NCBI GenBank assembly: GCA_965219685.1
Contig: CBDCOH010000002.1
Coordinates: 1,312,001-1,376,000 of the forward strand
Direction: 5' to 3'
Length of the DNA: 64,000 bases
From: Candidatus Spongiisociaceae bacterium
Lineage (GTDB): Bacteria; Actinomycetota; Acidimicrobiia; Spongiisociales; Spongiisociaceae
Below the pieces are notes generated by a model, which saw nothing but the letters and a program-made list of their open reading frames with translations, searched no databases and was not told the origin of the DNA. The translations under genes were made by a program, and so were the position numbers. Shown one piece after another: positions 24,252 to 33,329 of the stretch (position 1 is the stretch's first letter; the number at the start of each line of letters is the position of its first letter).

Positions 24252-25423
24252 GCAGGCGGCTGCGCATCGGCCTGGTCGGATTCGGATGGATGGGCCAGGC
24301 CCACTCCCGCTCCTACATCTCGATCCCGCTGTACTTCCCGGATGCGCCTTTCCGACCGCAACTCACCGCCGTCGCCGACACCGTACCGGCCCGGGTGAGA
24401 CAGGCCGTGGACGACTTCGGGTACGAACGGGGCACGACCGACTGGCGGGAGCTCATCGAGCAGCCCGACATCGACATCATCGACATCACCGCTCCCAACG
24501 CCATGCACCAGATGGTGGCCGAGGCGGCCGCGGGAGCCGGCAAGCACATCTTCTGCGAGAAGCCGGTGGGGATCTCGGCGGAGGCCACGGCTCGCATCGA
24601 AGCGGCAGCCCGCCGGGCCGGCGTGATCACCGGCTGCGGATACAACTACCGCTGGGCGCCGCTGGTCCGCTACGCCAAGCAGTTGATCGACGACGGCCGG
24701 ATCGGCCTTCCCACCCATTACCGGGGCCGCTTCTTCAGCATGTACGGGAGGGACCGGCTCGGCTTGCTGACCTGGCGTTTCCTCCGGGACAAGGCCGGCT
24801 ACGGCGCGCTCAGCGACATCATGTCGCATGCCATCGACATGGCCCAGTTCCTGTACGGACCGATCCGCCGGGTGGTGGCCACCCGGGAGACCTTCGTGAG
24901 GGAACGCCCGCTCCCCACGCCCGGCAAGGGGACCCACTACGACCGCGGCTCACCGGACGACCCTACCGGCGAGGTGACCAACGAGGACTACGTGGGGGCC
25001 CTGGTCGAGTTCGCCAACGGAGCGCGGGGCACCCTCGAAGCCGACCGCTCCATCTTCGGACCCCAGAGCCAGATGGCCTTCGAGATCAACGGGTCGAAGG
25101 GCGCCGTCTCCTGGGACCACGAGAAGCTCAACCAACTCCGCCTCTACCTGCCCGATGAGCAACCCGACGACGGATTCATGGAAGTGCTGGCCGGCGACAA
25201 GTTCTACCGGCAGGCCGACCTGGTGCCGGGTGGAGGAAACTCCATCGGTTTCGAGGATCTGAAGATTCTCGAGGCCTACGAGTTCCTCGGTTCGGTAGTC
25301 GCCGGACGGGCCCACGACCCCTCATTCGAGGCCGCGCTCGCCAACGCGTCGGTGGCCGCCGCGATGATCCGTTCGTGGGATTCGGACCGGTGGGAGATCG
25401 TGGAGTCGCTGCGAATCGATTGA
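24248..25423 (+). CDS. Gfo/Idh/MocA oxidoreductase (possible second inositol dehydrogenase)
   Basis: GFGWMG, CEKP, GYNYR and GALSDIMSHAID motifs. Confidence 0.88.
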   Translation: MSRRLRIGLVGFGWMGQAHSRSYISIPLYFPDAPFRPQLTAVADTVPARVRQAVDDFGYERGTTDWRELIEQPDIDIIDITAPNAMHQMVAEAAAGAGKHIFCEKPVGISAEATARIEAAARRAGVITGCGYNYRWAPLVRYAKQLIDDGRIGLPTHYRGRFFSMYGRDRLGLLTWRFLRDKAGYGALSDIMSHAIDMAQFLYGPIRRVVATRETFVRERPLPTPGKGTHYDRGSPDDPTGEVTNEDYVGALVEFANGARGTLEADRSIFGPQSQMAFEINGSKGAVSWDHEKLNQLRLYLPDEQPDDGFMEVLAGDKFYRQADLVPGGGNSIGFEDLKILEAYEFLGSVVAGRAHDPSFEAALANASVAAAMIRSWDSDRWEIVESLRID

Positions 25424-25472
25424 GAAGCCGTCCCGAGCAAGGAAGCCGAAAACCGAGGCAGGAGGACATCAG

Positions 25473-27317
25473 ATGGAAACCGTCCGGCTGACAACCGCCC
25501 AAGCCATCGTCCGGTGGCTGCTGAACCAGTACACGGCCATAGGGGGCGACGAGGTACCGATCTTCGCCGGCGCCTTCGGCATCTTCGGCCATGGAAACGT
25601 GACCTGTCTGGCGGAGGCCCTGGAACCGGTCCAGGACCGGCTTCCCACCTGGCGCGGGCACAACGAGCAGTCGATGGCGCTGGCCGCGGTTGCATACGCC
25701 AAGGCCATGCGCGGCCGGCGCATCATGATCGCCACCTCGTCGATCGGACCCGGCTGCACCAACATGGTTACCGCCGCGGCCGTGGCCCACGCCAACCGGC
25801 TCCCTCTCCTCATCCTCGCCGGCGACACCTTCCAGCACCGGATCGTCGACCCGGTGCTGCAGCAGATCGAAGTCTTCGAGGATCCCACCGTTACGGTCTG
25901 CGACACGTTCAAACCGGTCAGCAGGTACTGGGACCGCATGACCCGTCCCGAGCAGGTCGTGAGGTCCCTGCCTCAGGCCCTGGCGGTAATGCTGGACCCG
26001 GCGAGCCGGGGCCCGGCCTTCTTCGCGCTCCCCCAGGACATACAGGCCGAAGCGTACGACTTCCCCGCCCGCTTCTTCGAGCGCACCGTCCACTACATCC
26101 GCCGACCCGGACCCGACGCCCGCGATCTCGAGCGGGCTGCCTCGGCCCTGGCCCGCGCACGCAGCCCGATGATCATCTCGGGGGGCGGGGTCCACTATTC
26201 GGCGGCTGCCGACACGTTGACCGCCTTCGCCGAGCGCCGCGGCATCCCGGTGGTGGAGACCGTCGCCGGCAAGGCGACCCTGGTCAGCGATCACCCCAAC
26301 TATGCCGGTCCCATCGGGGTGACCGGGTCGGCGGCCGCCAACTCGGTGGCCGAGGACGCCGACGTGGTCCTGGCGGTGGGGACCCGGCTCCAGGACTTCA
26401 CGACCGGGTCCTGGGCCATCTTCAAGCATCCGGACGTCCGCTTCGTTTCGCTGAACACGGCTCGCTGGGATGCCCACAAGCAGACGGCGATCCCCGTGGT
26501 CGGCGACGCGAAGGTCTCCATCGAGGCCCTCGACGGGTTGCTCGGAGGCTACCGGGCTCCCGACTCCTGGTTGGGTGCGGCGCAGGGACACATCGCTGCA
26601 TGGCACCGCTACCTGGACTCCTGGAAGTCCCGCGATGTCGAGGGCTCCCCCGCCTACGCCCAGGTGATCCAGGTTGTCAACGAGCTCTGCGACGAGGACG
26701 ACTACTGCCTCTCGGCGGCCGGCGGCCTTCCGGGCGAGTTGACCATGGGATGGAGGTCGAAGTCGGTGGGGAGCTTCGACTCCGAGTACGGATACTCCAC
26801 CATGGGCTACGAGATCGCCGGCGCCTGGGGAGCCCGGATGGCCAGGCCCGACGGCGACGTGATCGCATGGGTCGGCGACGGGTCTTACCTGATGATGAAC
26901 TCCGACATCTACTCCACCGTAATGACCGGGCATAAGGTCATCTTCATGGTGATGGACAACGGCGGCTTCGCGGTCATCAATCGCCTGCAGGTGGGTACCG
27001 GCGGCGCCGAGTTCAACAACCTGCTGCGGACCGCCCGCCACCGCGAGTACTTCCGGGTGGACTTCGCTGCCCATGTGGAGGCCATGGGCGCCATCGCGGA
27101 ACGCGTCGAGCGTCTCGAGGACCTTCCGGATGCGTGGCGGAGGGCCAAGGCGGCCGACCGGAGCTACGCCATCGTCATGGACATCGACCAGTACACCTGG
27201 ACCGAAGGCGGAGCGTGGTGGGAGGTCGGCGTCCCGGAGGTCAGCGACAGGGAGCAGGTCCGGGTTGCCCGGGCGTCATGGGAAGCAGAACGCAAGCATC
27301 AGCGGCTGGGCGTCTGA
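25473..27317 (+). CDS. iolD: 3D-(3,5/4)-trihydroxycyclohexane-1,2-dione acylhydrolase
   Basis: TVRLTTAQA, GIFGHGNV, SEYGYSTMGYE and GDGSYLMMN TPP motif. Confidence 0.95.
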   Translation: METVRLTTAQAIVRWLLNQYTAIGGDEVPIFAGAFGIFGHGNVTCLAEALEPVQDRLPTWRGHNEQSMALAAVAYAKAMRGRRIMIATSSIGPGCTNMVTAAAVAHANRLPLLILAGDTFQHRIVDPVLQQIEVFEDPTVTVCDTFKPVSRYWDRMTRPEQVVRSLPQALAVMLDPASRGPAFFALPQDIQAEAYDFPARFFERTVHYIRRPGPDARDLERAASALARARSPMIISGGGVHYSAAADTLTAFAERRGIPVVETVAGKATLVSDHPNYAGPIGVTGSAAANSVAEDADVVLAVGTRLQDFTTGSWAIFKHPDVRFVSLNTARWDAHKQTAIPVVGDAKVSIEALDGLLGGYRAPDSWLGAAQGHIAAWHRYLDSWKSRDVEGSPAYAQVIQVVNELCDEDDYCLSAAGGLPGELTMGWRSKSVGSFDSEYGYSTMGYEIAGAWGARMARPDGDVIAWVGDGSYLMMNSDIYSTVMTGHKVIFMVMDNGGFAVINRLQVGTGGAEFNNLLRTARHREYFRVDFAAHVEAMGAIAERVERLEDLPDAWRRAKAADRSYAIVMDIDQYTWTEGGAWWEVGVPEVSDREQVRVARASWEAERKHQRLGV

Positions 27318-27353
27318 GTGGCGCATAAGGCCCGCATCCGAAGGAGGTAGAGG

Positions 27354-28169
27354 ATGGGAAGGTTCGCCGGCAAGGTAGCCCTGGTCACCGGCAGCACGCA
27401 GGGACTCGGGGAGGCGGTCTCGGAGCGGTTGGTGGATGAGGGATTGGACGGTCTGGTGGTGACCGGGCGCAGCGCCGAGCGAGGCGAGGCTGTGGCCGCC
27501 CGGTTGGCGAACGGAGGGTGCAGAACGTTGTTCGTCCCCGCCGACCTCGCCCGGCCGGAGGCGCCCTCCGATCTCATAGAAGCCACCGACCGGGAGTTCG
27601 GGCGACTGGACATCCTCGTCAACGCGGCGGGGGACTCGCACCGCGGCACGATCGAGGACACCGGCATCGAGTTGTTCGACCACCTGATGGCCGTGAACGT
27701 CCGGGCGCCGTTCATGCTGATGCAGGGCGCCATCCGCGTGATGCGGCGGGAGGGCATCGAGGGTTCCATCGTCAACATCGCATCGATCGCATCCCACGGA
27801 GGCCCTCCCTACCTGACCGCCTACTCGACCACCAAGGGCGCGCTGGTCGTCCTGACCCGCAACGTGGCGCATTCGGTTGCATGGGACCGGATCCGGGTGA
27901 ACGCGCTGAACATCGGCTGGATGGACAGCCCGGCGGAGCATGTGATCCGCGAGCGCTTTCACGGCGGCGATCCGGCCTGGTTGGAAAAGGCCGAGGACAG
28001 CCAACCATTCGGCCGGCTGCTCAAGACCCCCGAGGTCGCCAGGGCGGTCGCCTTCCTCGCCTCCGACGACTCGGGGATGATGACCGGCGCCGCCGTCGAC
28101 TTCAACCAGATAGTGGTGGGTACCGAACCAAGCCCCGCCCCGCGCCCCGAAGGGGCTACGAGCGCGTGA
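27354..28169 (+). CDS. SDR oxidoreductase (iol-cluster associated)
   Basis: TGSTQGLG, VNAAG and YSTTK motifs. Confidence 0.9.
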   Translation: MGRFAGKVALVTGSTQGLGEAVSERLVDEGLDGLVVTGRSAERGEAVAARLANGGCRTLFVPADLARPEAPSDLIEATDREFGRLDILVNAAGDSHRGTIEDTGIELFDHLMAVNVRAPFMLMQGAIRVMRREGIEGSIVNIASIASHGGPPYLTAYSTTKGALVVLTRNVAHSVAWDRIRVNALNIGWMDSPAEHVIRERFHGGDPAWLEKAEDSQPFGRLLKTPEVARAVAFLASDDSGMMTGAAVDFNQIVVGTEPSPAPRPEGATSA

Positions 28170-28203
28170 ATCGGCGACCCGGTCGTGTCCGGCTGCCGGG
28201 AGG

Positions 28204-29055
28204 ATGACGGTGGGTTCCCTGCTCAAGCCCCGGCCGGAGAGACCCAAGGCCGTCGAGGTGACCCCGGAGAGCGCCGGCTGGACCTACCTGGACTTCGCGG
28301 TCGTGCACCTCGATCCCGGTGGCAGCTACATGGAGGCGCCCGGCCACCGCGAGGTGGTCGTGGTCCCCATCTCCGGGAGCGGGACGGTCCGGACCGGTGG
28401 CGAGACGGTCGACCTGGCCCGCGCCGGGGTCTTCGAGGAACTGCCCCACGTGCTGTACGTACCGCCGGGACACTCGATAGAGGTCCGATCCCGTGGAGAG
28501 TTCACCTTCACGGTCGGCGGCGCCCCGGCTGAGGGTGGTCTCCCGCTCCGGCTGTTCGAACCCTCCGAGATGCGCGTGGAACTTCGGGGCGGCGGCGCGT
28601 CCCACCGCCAGATCTCCCACATCCTCTCCGCTCCCCTCCCGGCCGAGCGCCTCATCCTCTACGAGGGCTACGCCCCGCGGGGAACCTGGTCTGGTTGGGC
28701 GCCCCACTGTCACGACGGCTACGCCGGGTCCCCGTACCTGGAGGAGGTGTACTACTTCCGCCTGCAGCCCGCCACGGGATTCGCGCTGCACCGCAACTGG
28801 AGGGAGGACACCGAGTTCGACGAACTCCTCGTCTGCGGAGACGGTGACACGGCCCTCGTGCCCCGCGGTTTCCACTCCACGGTGGCCTGCCCGGGCACCA
28901 ACATGTACTTCCTCAACTACCTGGCCGGAGAACCGGTGGGAGACGAACGAGCCCGCGGCCCCTACTTCCACCCCGACCACACCTGGATCCACGACGACTG
29001 GGACGCCGGGGCTATGACCCTGCCGACAGCCGGTGTGGAGATGGCACCGCGGTGA
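28204..29055 (+). CDS. iolB: 5-deoxy-glucuronate isomerase
   Basis: VTPESAGW, WSGWAPHCHD, LEEVYY and VPRGFH motifs. Confidence 0.9.
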   Translation: MTVGSLLKPRPERPKAVEVTPESAGWTYLDFAVVHLDPGGSYMEAPGHREVVVVPISGSGTVRTGGETVDLARAGVFEELPHVLYVPPGHSIEVRSRGEFTFTVGGAPAEGGLPLRLFEPSEMRVELRGGGASHRQISHILSAPLPAERLILYEGYAPRGTWSGWAPHCHDGYAGSPYLEEVYYFRLQPATGFALHRNWREDTEFDELLVCGDGDTALVPRGFHSTVACPGTNMYFLNYLAGEPVGDERARGPYFHPDHTWIHDDWDAGAMTLPTAGVEMAPR

Positions 29056-29993
29056 TGAGCGCCATACCTGCTGCCGCTCCCCCCGAGGTGCTCGCCTTCA
29101 ACGCCGAGATCGAGGCCCTGACCCGTGACGCTGCCCCGCCGTGGGAGGTCGGCGCCGCGGAGGCCCGCCGGATGAGAGAGGAAGGACTCACGATTCTCGG
29201 TCCGCGACGCGTGTCCGAGAGGACTTCCGACCGCACCATCGACGGACCAAGGGGAACGATCCGGTTACGGGTGATACCTCCTCTCCGAAGCGCGCGGGGC
29301 ATATTCCTGCACATCCACGGAGGCGGCTGGGTGTGGGGAGGGCCCCACCACCACGACCCGATGCTGGAGTCGCTGGCCGACTCCACGGGGCTGGTGGTCG
29401 TCTCCACCTCGTACCGCTTCGCGCCCGAAGACCCCTATCCCGCCGCCCCGGATGACTGCGAGACAGCGGCTGTCTGGCTAGACCGCAACGGCGTCTCCGA
29501 ACTCGGGCACGAACTCGTGGCCATCGGTGGGGAATCGGCCGGCGCCCACCTCGCCGCCGTCACCTGCCTCCGCCTGCGGGACGGCTACGGGCTAATGCCC
29601 TTCCGTGCCGCACTTCTCACGTACGGCTGCTACGACCTGAGAACCACGCCCTCGGTGCGAGCCTTCGGCGACCGGCCGCTGATCCTGAACACGTCTTCCG
29701 TCCGCTGGTTCGTGGAGCAGTTCACGGCCAACCACAACCTCGACGATCCCGACGTGTCGCCGATCCAGGCCGACCTGGCGGGGCTGCCGCCGGCGCTCTT
29801 CACCGTCGGGACCCTGGATCCGATGCTGGACGACTCCACGTTCATGGCCGCCCGGTGGAAGGCTGCGGGGAATCGAGCGGACCTCGACATCTGGCCCGGC
29901 GCCATCCACGCCTTCGACCTGTTCGACAACGACTACGCCCGAGCCGCCCGCAGCCGGATGCACGCGTTCGTCAACTCCGCCCTAGATGGCTAG
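29055..29993 (+). CDS. HSL-family alpha/beta hydrolase (esterase)
   Basis: HGGGW, GESAG, DPMLDD and HAF motifs. Confidence 0.9.
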   Translation: MSAIPAAAPPEVLAFNAEIEALTRDAAPPWEVGAAEARRMREEGLTILGPRRVSERTSDRTIDGPRGTIRLRVIPPLRSARGIFLHIHGGGWVWGGPHHHDPMLESLADSTGLVVVSTSYRFAPEDPYPAAPDDCETAAVWLDRNGVSELGHELVAIGGESAGAHLAAVTCLRLRDGYGLMPFRAALLTYGCYDLRTTPSVRAFGDRPLILNTSSVRWFVEQFTANHNLDDPDVSPIQADLAGLPPALFTVGTLDPMLDDSTFMAARWKAAGNRADLDIWPGAIHAFDLFDNDYARAARSRMHAFVNSALDG

Positions 29994-30260
29994 TTCCTAG
30001 TCGGTAGTCTCTAGTTGCTAGTTGGTGATCGGTGGTTAACGTTCGACTGGTTTATTGACCATCCTCCATAGCACTATTATGGTCTCGCGTTTGCGCCGTG
30101 GTTGGCTCTTCACGAAATGCCAGCCCCGAGTCCGAGTCAGGAACAGATGCACACGAGTTACAGATGTTGTCTAGCGATGCAGAGAACGGTCGCTTCTGGT
30201 CAGATCCCCCCTTTGGAACTACTCGTCTAGTGTCCTGACTCCTGGATTCGCGATCGGCAC
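29991..30260 (-). repeat. Heptamer-repeat element copy B with decayed gene relic
   Basis: 29991-30032 is TAGTTCC TAGTCGG TAGTCTC TAGTTGC TAGTTGG TGATCGG; the first 20 nt are identical to copy A. The interior shares sequence with copies A and C. Confidence 0.8.
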
Positions 30261-30591
30261 GCGGAACGTGCCGACCACCGCACCAGCTAGCCCCGCGGAC
30301 CCGAGAACGCGAAAAACGCCCCCGGGCGAGCGGATCCCTCCCTCGGGCCCACCCCCAACCGCCACCTCCGCAGTCTACGAACGCGTCCTGCCATCCCCCG
30401 CAAGGGTCGGCTCCCAAATGATCCCCGCGCCGGTCCGATCGGTACCGCAAACGGACCGGTGGTGTTTGCATTTGCCTACCAATATGCAACGGGGGTGTGA
30501 CACGGACAACCCCCTTGTGGAGAAGCGCCGTCCTACACCCGGGCAGTTGCTAGGGTCATCTCCCCGACCGACGACCACAGGAGAGATCCGC

Positions 30592-31644
30592 ATGAACCTG
30601 CTGCCAGGTGTTGAAGCCGGCACCGTCGACACCGACCGGCTCCGCACCCACTACTACGCGTCAGGACCGGAGAACGGCACGCCGGTGGTGATGATCCACG
30701 GGAACCTGTCGACCGGACGCTTCTTCGAACACCTCTGGCCCGGTGCGCCGGAGCAGTACCGGTTCATCGCTCCCGACATGCGTTCGTTCGGACGGTCGGA
30801 GTCCAAGCCCATCGACGCAACTCGGGGTCTCCACGACTGGGCCGACGACACGCATGCCCTGCTCGAGGCGCTCGGCGTCGACGAGCCGCCCCACCTGGCG
30901 GGCTGGTCCACGGGCGGAGCGGCCATCGCCGCCTACGCCATGGACCGTCCGGTCGCCTCGCTGACGTTCATCGACCCGGTCTCCCCCTACGGGTACGGCG
31001 CCACCCACCGCGACGGCACGCCCTGCCAGCCCGACTGGGCGGGTACCGGAGGCGGGACCGGGAACCCGGAGTTCACCTCCCTGCTCGCGTCGGGCGACCG
31101 CTCCGCGGACAGCCAGGTCTCACCCCGCAACGTGATGACCTCCTCGTATTGGTCGGCGGAGTACAAGCTCCCACCCGACCGAGAGGAGATCCTGCTGGAC
31201 GAGGTGCTGCTGACCGTTACCGGCGACGACGGCTACCCGGGAGACCTGACTCCTTCGGACAACTGGCCCAACGTGGCGCCGGGAACCCGGGGCATACTCA
31301 ACGCCCTCTCCGGCAAGTACTGCAACTGGGCGGGCGTCGTGGACATGGCGGACAAGCCCCCGGTTCTGTGGACCCACGGTTCCAACGACATCGTGGTGGC
31401 GGACGGTTCCCTCTGGGAGATGGGAACCCTGGGGCAGATGGGCGTCATCCCCGGCTGGCCGGGTGAGGACGACTTCCCGCCCCAGCCCATGGTGTCCCAG
31501 ATCCGCGACGTGCTGGACCGCTACGCGGACAACGGTGGAAGGGTTGAAACGGAGATGTTCGACGGATCCGGTCACGGTCCCCACATCGACGCTGCCGAGG
31601 CCTGGTCTGAGACCTTCTTCGCCTTCCTGGCCTCCACCAACTGA
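30592..31644 (+). CDS. Alpha/beta fold hydrolase
   Basis: MIHGN, GWSTGG nucleophile elbow and GHGPH; ATG at 30592 after AGGAG. Confidence 0.88.
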   Translation: MNLLPGVEAGTVDTDRLRTHYYASGPENGTPVVMIHGNLSTGRFFEHLWPGAPEQYRFIAPDMRSFGRSESKPIDATRGLHDWADDTHALLEALGVDEPPHLAGWSTGGAAIAAYAMDRPVASLTFIDPVSPYGYGATHRDGTPCQPDWAGTGGGTGNPEFTSLLASGDRSADSQVSPRNVMTSSYWSAEYKLPPDREEILLDEVLLTVTGDDGYPGDLTPSDNWPNVAPGTRGILNALSGKYCNWAGVVDMADKPPVLWTHGSNDIVVADGSLWEMGTLGQMGVIPGWPGEDDFPPQPMVSQIRDVLDRYADNGGRVETEMFDGSGHGPHIDAAEAWSETFFAFLASTN

Positions 31645-31676
31645 CTCCGCGGACGACTCCTTGCGTTGAGGATCGC

Positions 31677-31872
31677 GTGGAGTACGGCTCGCCAGACCCC
31701 TGGGAACGGTCGATCTTGACAGATCAGATCAGAGTCTCCCCGTCCCTACGAGCACCCGAAAACCCTGATCAGGGCCAGACGAGTAGTCCCAAGGAACCCG
31801 ACCGAGAGCGATCCGATCTCGCGGTTGCCACCGATTACCAACTAACAACTACCAACTAGAAACTAACAACTA
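31677..31872 (+). pseudogene. Heptamer element copy C: putative four-helix-bundle gene relic plus NNAACTA tail
   Basis: Translates ERSILTDQIRVSPSLRAPENPDQGQTSSPKE, resembling the ERYGLTSQIRRAAVSIPSNIAEG..RSSxKE pattern of four-helix-bundle proteins. Tail 31831-31872 is CCGATTA CCAACTA ACAACTA CCAACTA GAAACTA ACAACTA. Confidence 0.55.
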
Positions 31873-32765
31873 ATCTTATAGATTCGGGCCGCTGACCCGC
31901 CCAGAATCGCCGCCATCTCGTCATCCGAGAACGGAGCGGCACCCAGTCTGGTAGCCACGCCGTTGACGCTCCGGTACACATCCGGGACGGTTGACTCGTC
32001 CCGACCTACCCGGACCTTGTCGCTGTTGTTGGACCCGTACAGCACCCGGTCGAGAGCGGAAAGCGACCAGAACTTCTCCAGAGCACGGAAGAGGGGCTCC
32101 GGCCCCAATTCCGAGAAGTGGTACATGTCGGCGTAGAAGTTGGGGTGCTTCGCGACCATGAGGACACACTGATCGAGCCATGGCACGCCCAGCGCCACGA
32201 TGAGTTTCAGGTCGCGGTAGCGGCGACCCACCTCGTCGATGAGCACCGGGTCGGCGTGTTCCAACTTAGCGGTGATGGTCGGGGTCCAGCCGGTGAATAT
32301 GTGCACAGGGATGTCCAGTTCGATGCACCGCTCGTAGACCGGGTCGAGTCGGCGGTCGTTGGGCGAGTAGTGCTGGTAGGACGCCACCAACTTGACAGCC
32401 CGGAAGTCCAGTTCCAGGACGCAGCGGTCGATCTCCTCCAAGGCTGCAGGCACGTCACGGATCGGATCCACGCAGACGACCCCTCTGAGACGATCCGGGA
32501 ACAGTGCGACCTGCTCGGCGGTGTAGTCGTTGGGGACGAACACCTCATGTTCCTCGGGGAAGTCCGGATGCCACGTTGTGCGCCGGAGGTCGGCGCCCTG
32601 CACCAGACCGACATCGACACCGGAGCGGTCCAGCAGGTCGACCATCCAAGCTCCGTCGGTCGAACCGAAGACGCCCCCGTACGGGCGGTAGATCTCGGTC
32701 ATCCACCAGTCCGGAACCTGGCTGGGCGTCTCGGTCAGATGAAGATGGCAATCAACCGTGACCAT
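31863..32765 (-). CDS. Amidohydrolase_2 family protein
   Basis: VDCHLH and LDPVYERCIELDIPVH motifs; paralogue of 63149-64000. Confidence 0.85.
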   Translation of the reverse strand: MVTVDCHLHLTETPSQVPDWWMTEIYRPYGGVFGSTDGAWMVDLLDRSGVDVGLVQGADLRRTTWHPDFPEEHEVFVPNDYTAEQVALFPDRLRGVVCVDPIRDVPAALEEIDRCVLELDFRAVKLVASYQHYSPNDRRLDPVYERCIELDIPVHIFTGWTPTITAKLEHADPVLIDEVGRRYRDLKLIVALGVPWLDQCVLMVAKHPNFYADMYHFSELGPEPLFRALEKFWSLSALDRVLYGSNNSDKVRVGRDESTVPDVYRSVNGVATRLGAAPFSDDEMAAILGGSAARIYKISC

Positions 32766-32832
32766 CCATCCTCCTCGTATACCATCGAGATGCTCGGCGC
32801 CCGGACAACCACTCCAGCATAGGTCGGCAGGC

Positions 32833-33270
32833 CTAGAGCTCTATGAACTCGAGCCAGTTGCCCTCCGGATCCTGGAAATAGACGACCCCCCAGTCGTCGC
32901 CGTCCGGTGTCTTCGAGAAGATCGGATCGGTGACAAAGGAAACCCCCTTGCCGGCCAGCACCTCATGCGCCTTGCGGAGATCGTCCACCAGGAAGCAGAC
33001 ATGCGTCGCGCCCAGCTTGTTCAACCCGACGTGGCCGTCGGTCGAGAGCGGTTCCAGATACTGGATGAGTTCGAGCATGTGTCCGTCATCCCCGAGACCG
33101 AGAAAGATCTCGACCCGGCGCGCTCTCGGTATCCCGGCGTGATCACCTTCGGGTCCAGCCTCCATCTCGTAGCGTTCGAGGACGGTCAGGCCGAGATCCT
33201 CCGTGTAGAACCGCAGCATCTCATCGAGATCCCGGACCACGATTCCCGAGTGATTGAAGCTGGTGATCAT
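32833..33270 (-). CDS. VOC/glyoxalase family protein
   Basis: HSGIVVRDL, HVCFLVDD and QDPEGNWLE motifs. Confidence 0.9.
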   Translation of the reverse strand: MITSFNHSGIVVRDLDEMLRFYTEDLGLTVLERYEMEAGPEGDHAGIPRARRVEIFLGLGDDGHMLELIQYLEPLSTDGHVGLNKLGATHVCFLVDDLRKAHEVLAGKGVSFVTDPIFSKTPDGDDWGVVYFQDPEGNWLEFIEL

Positions 33271-33329
33271 TCCCTACCCTTCGACAGCGAACCGGCGCTC
33301 GCCCCAGGAGGGTAGACGGGGTGACCCGA

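Noticed and set aside
30052-30591. 145-aa minus ORF and the 5' extension of the hydrolase ORF
   Set aside because: No coherent protein features; better explained as a decayed relic plus intergenic DNA.
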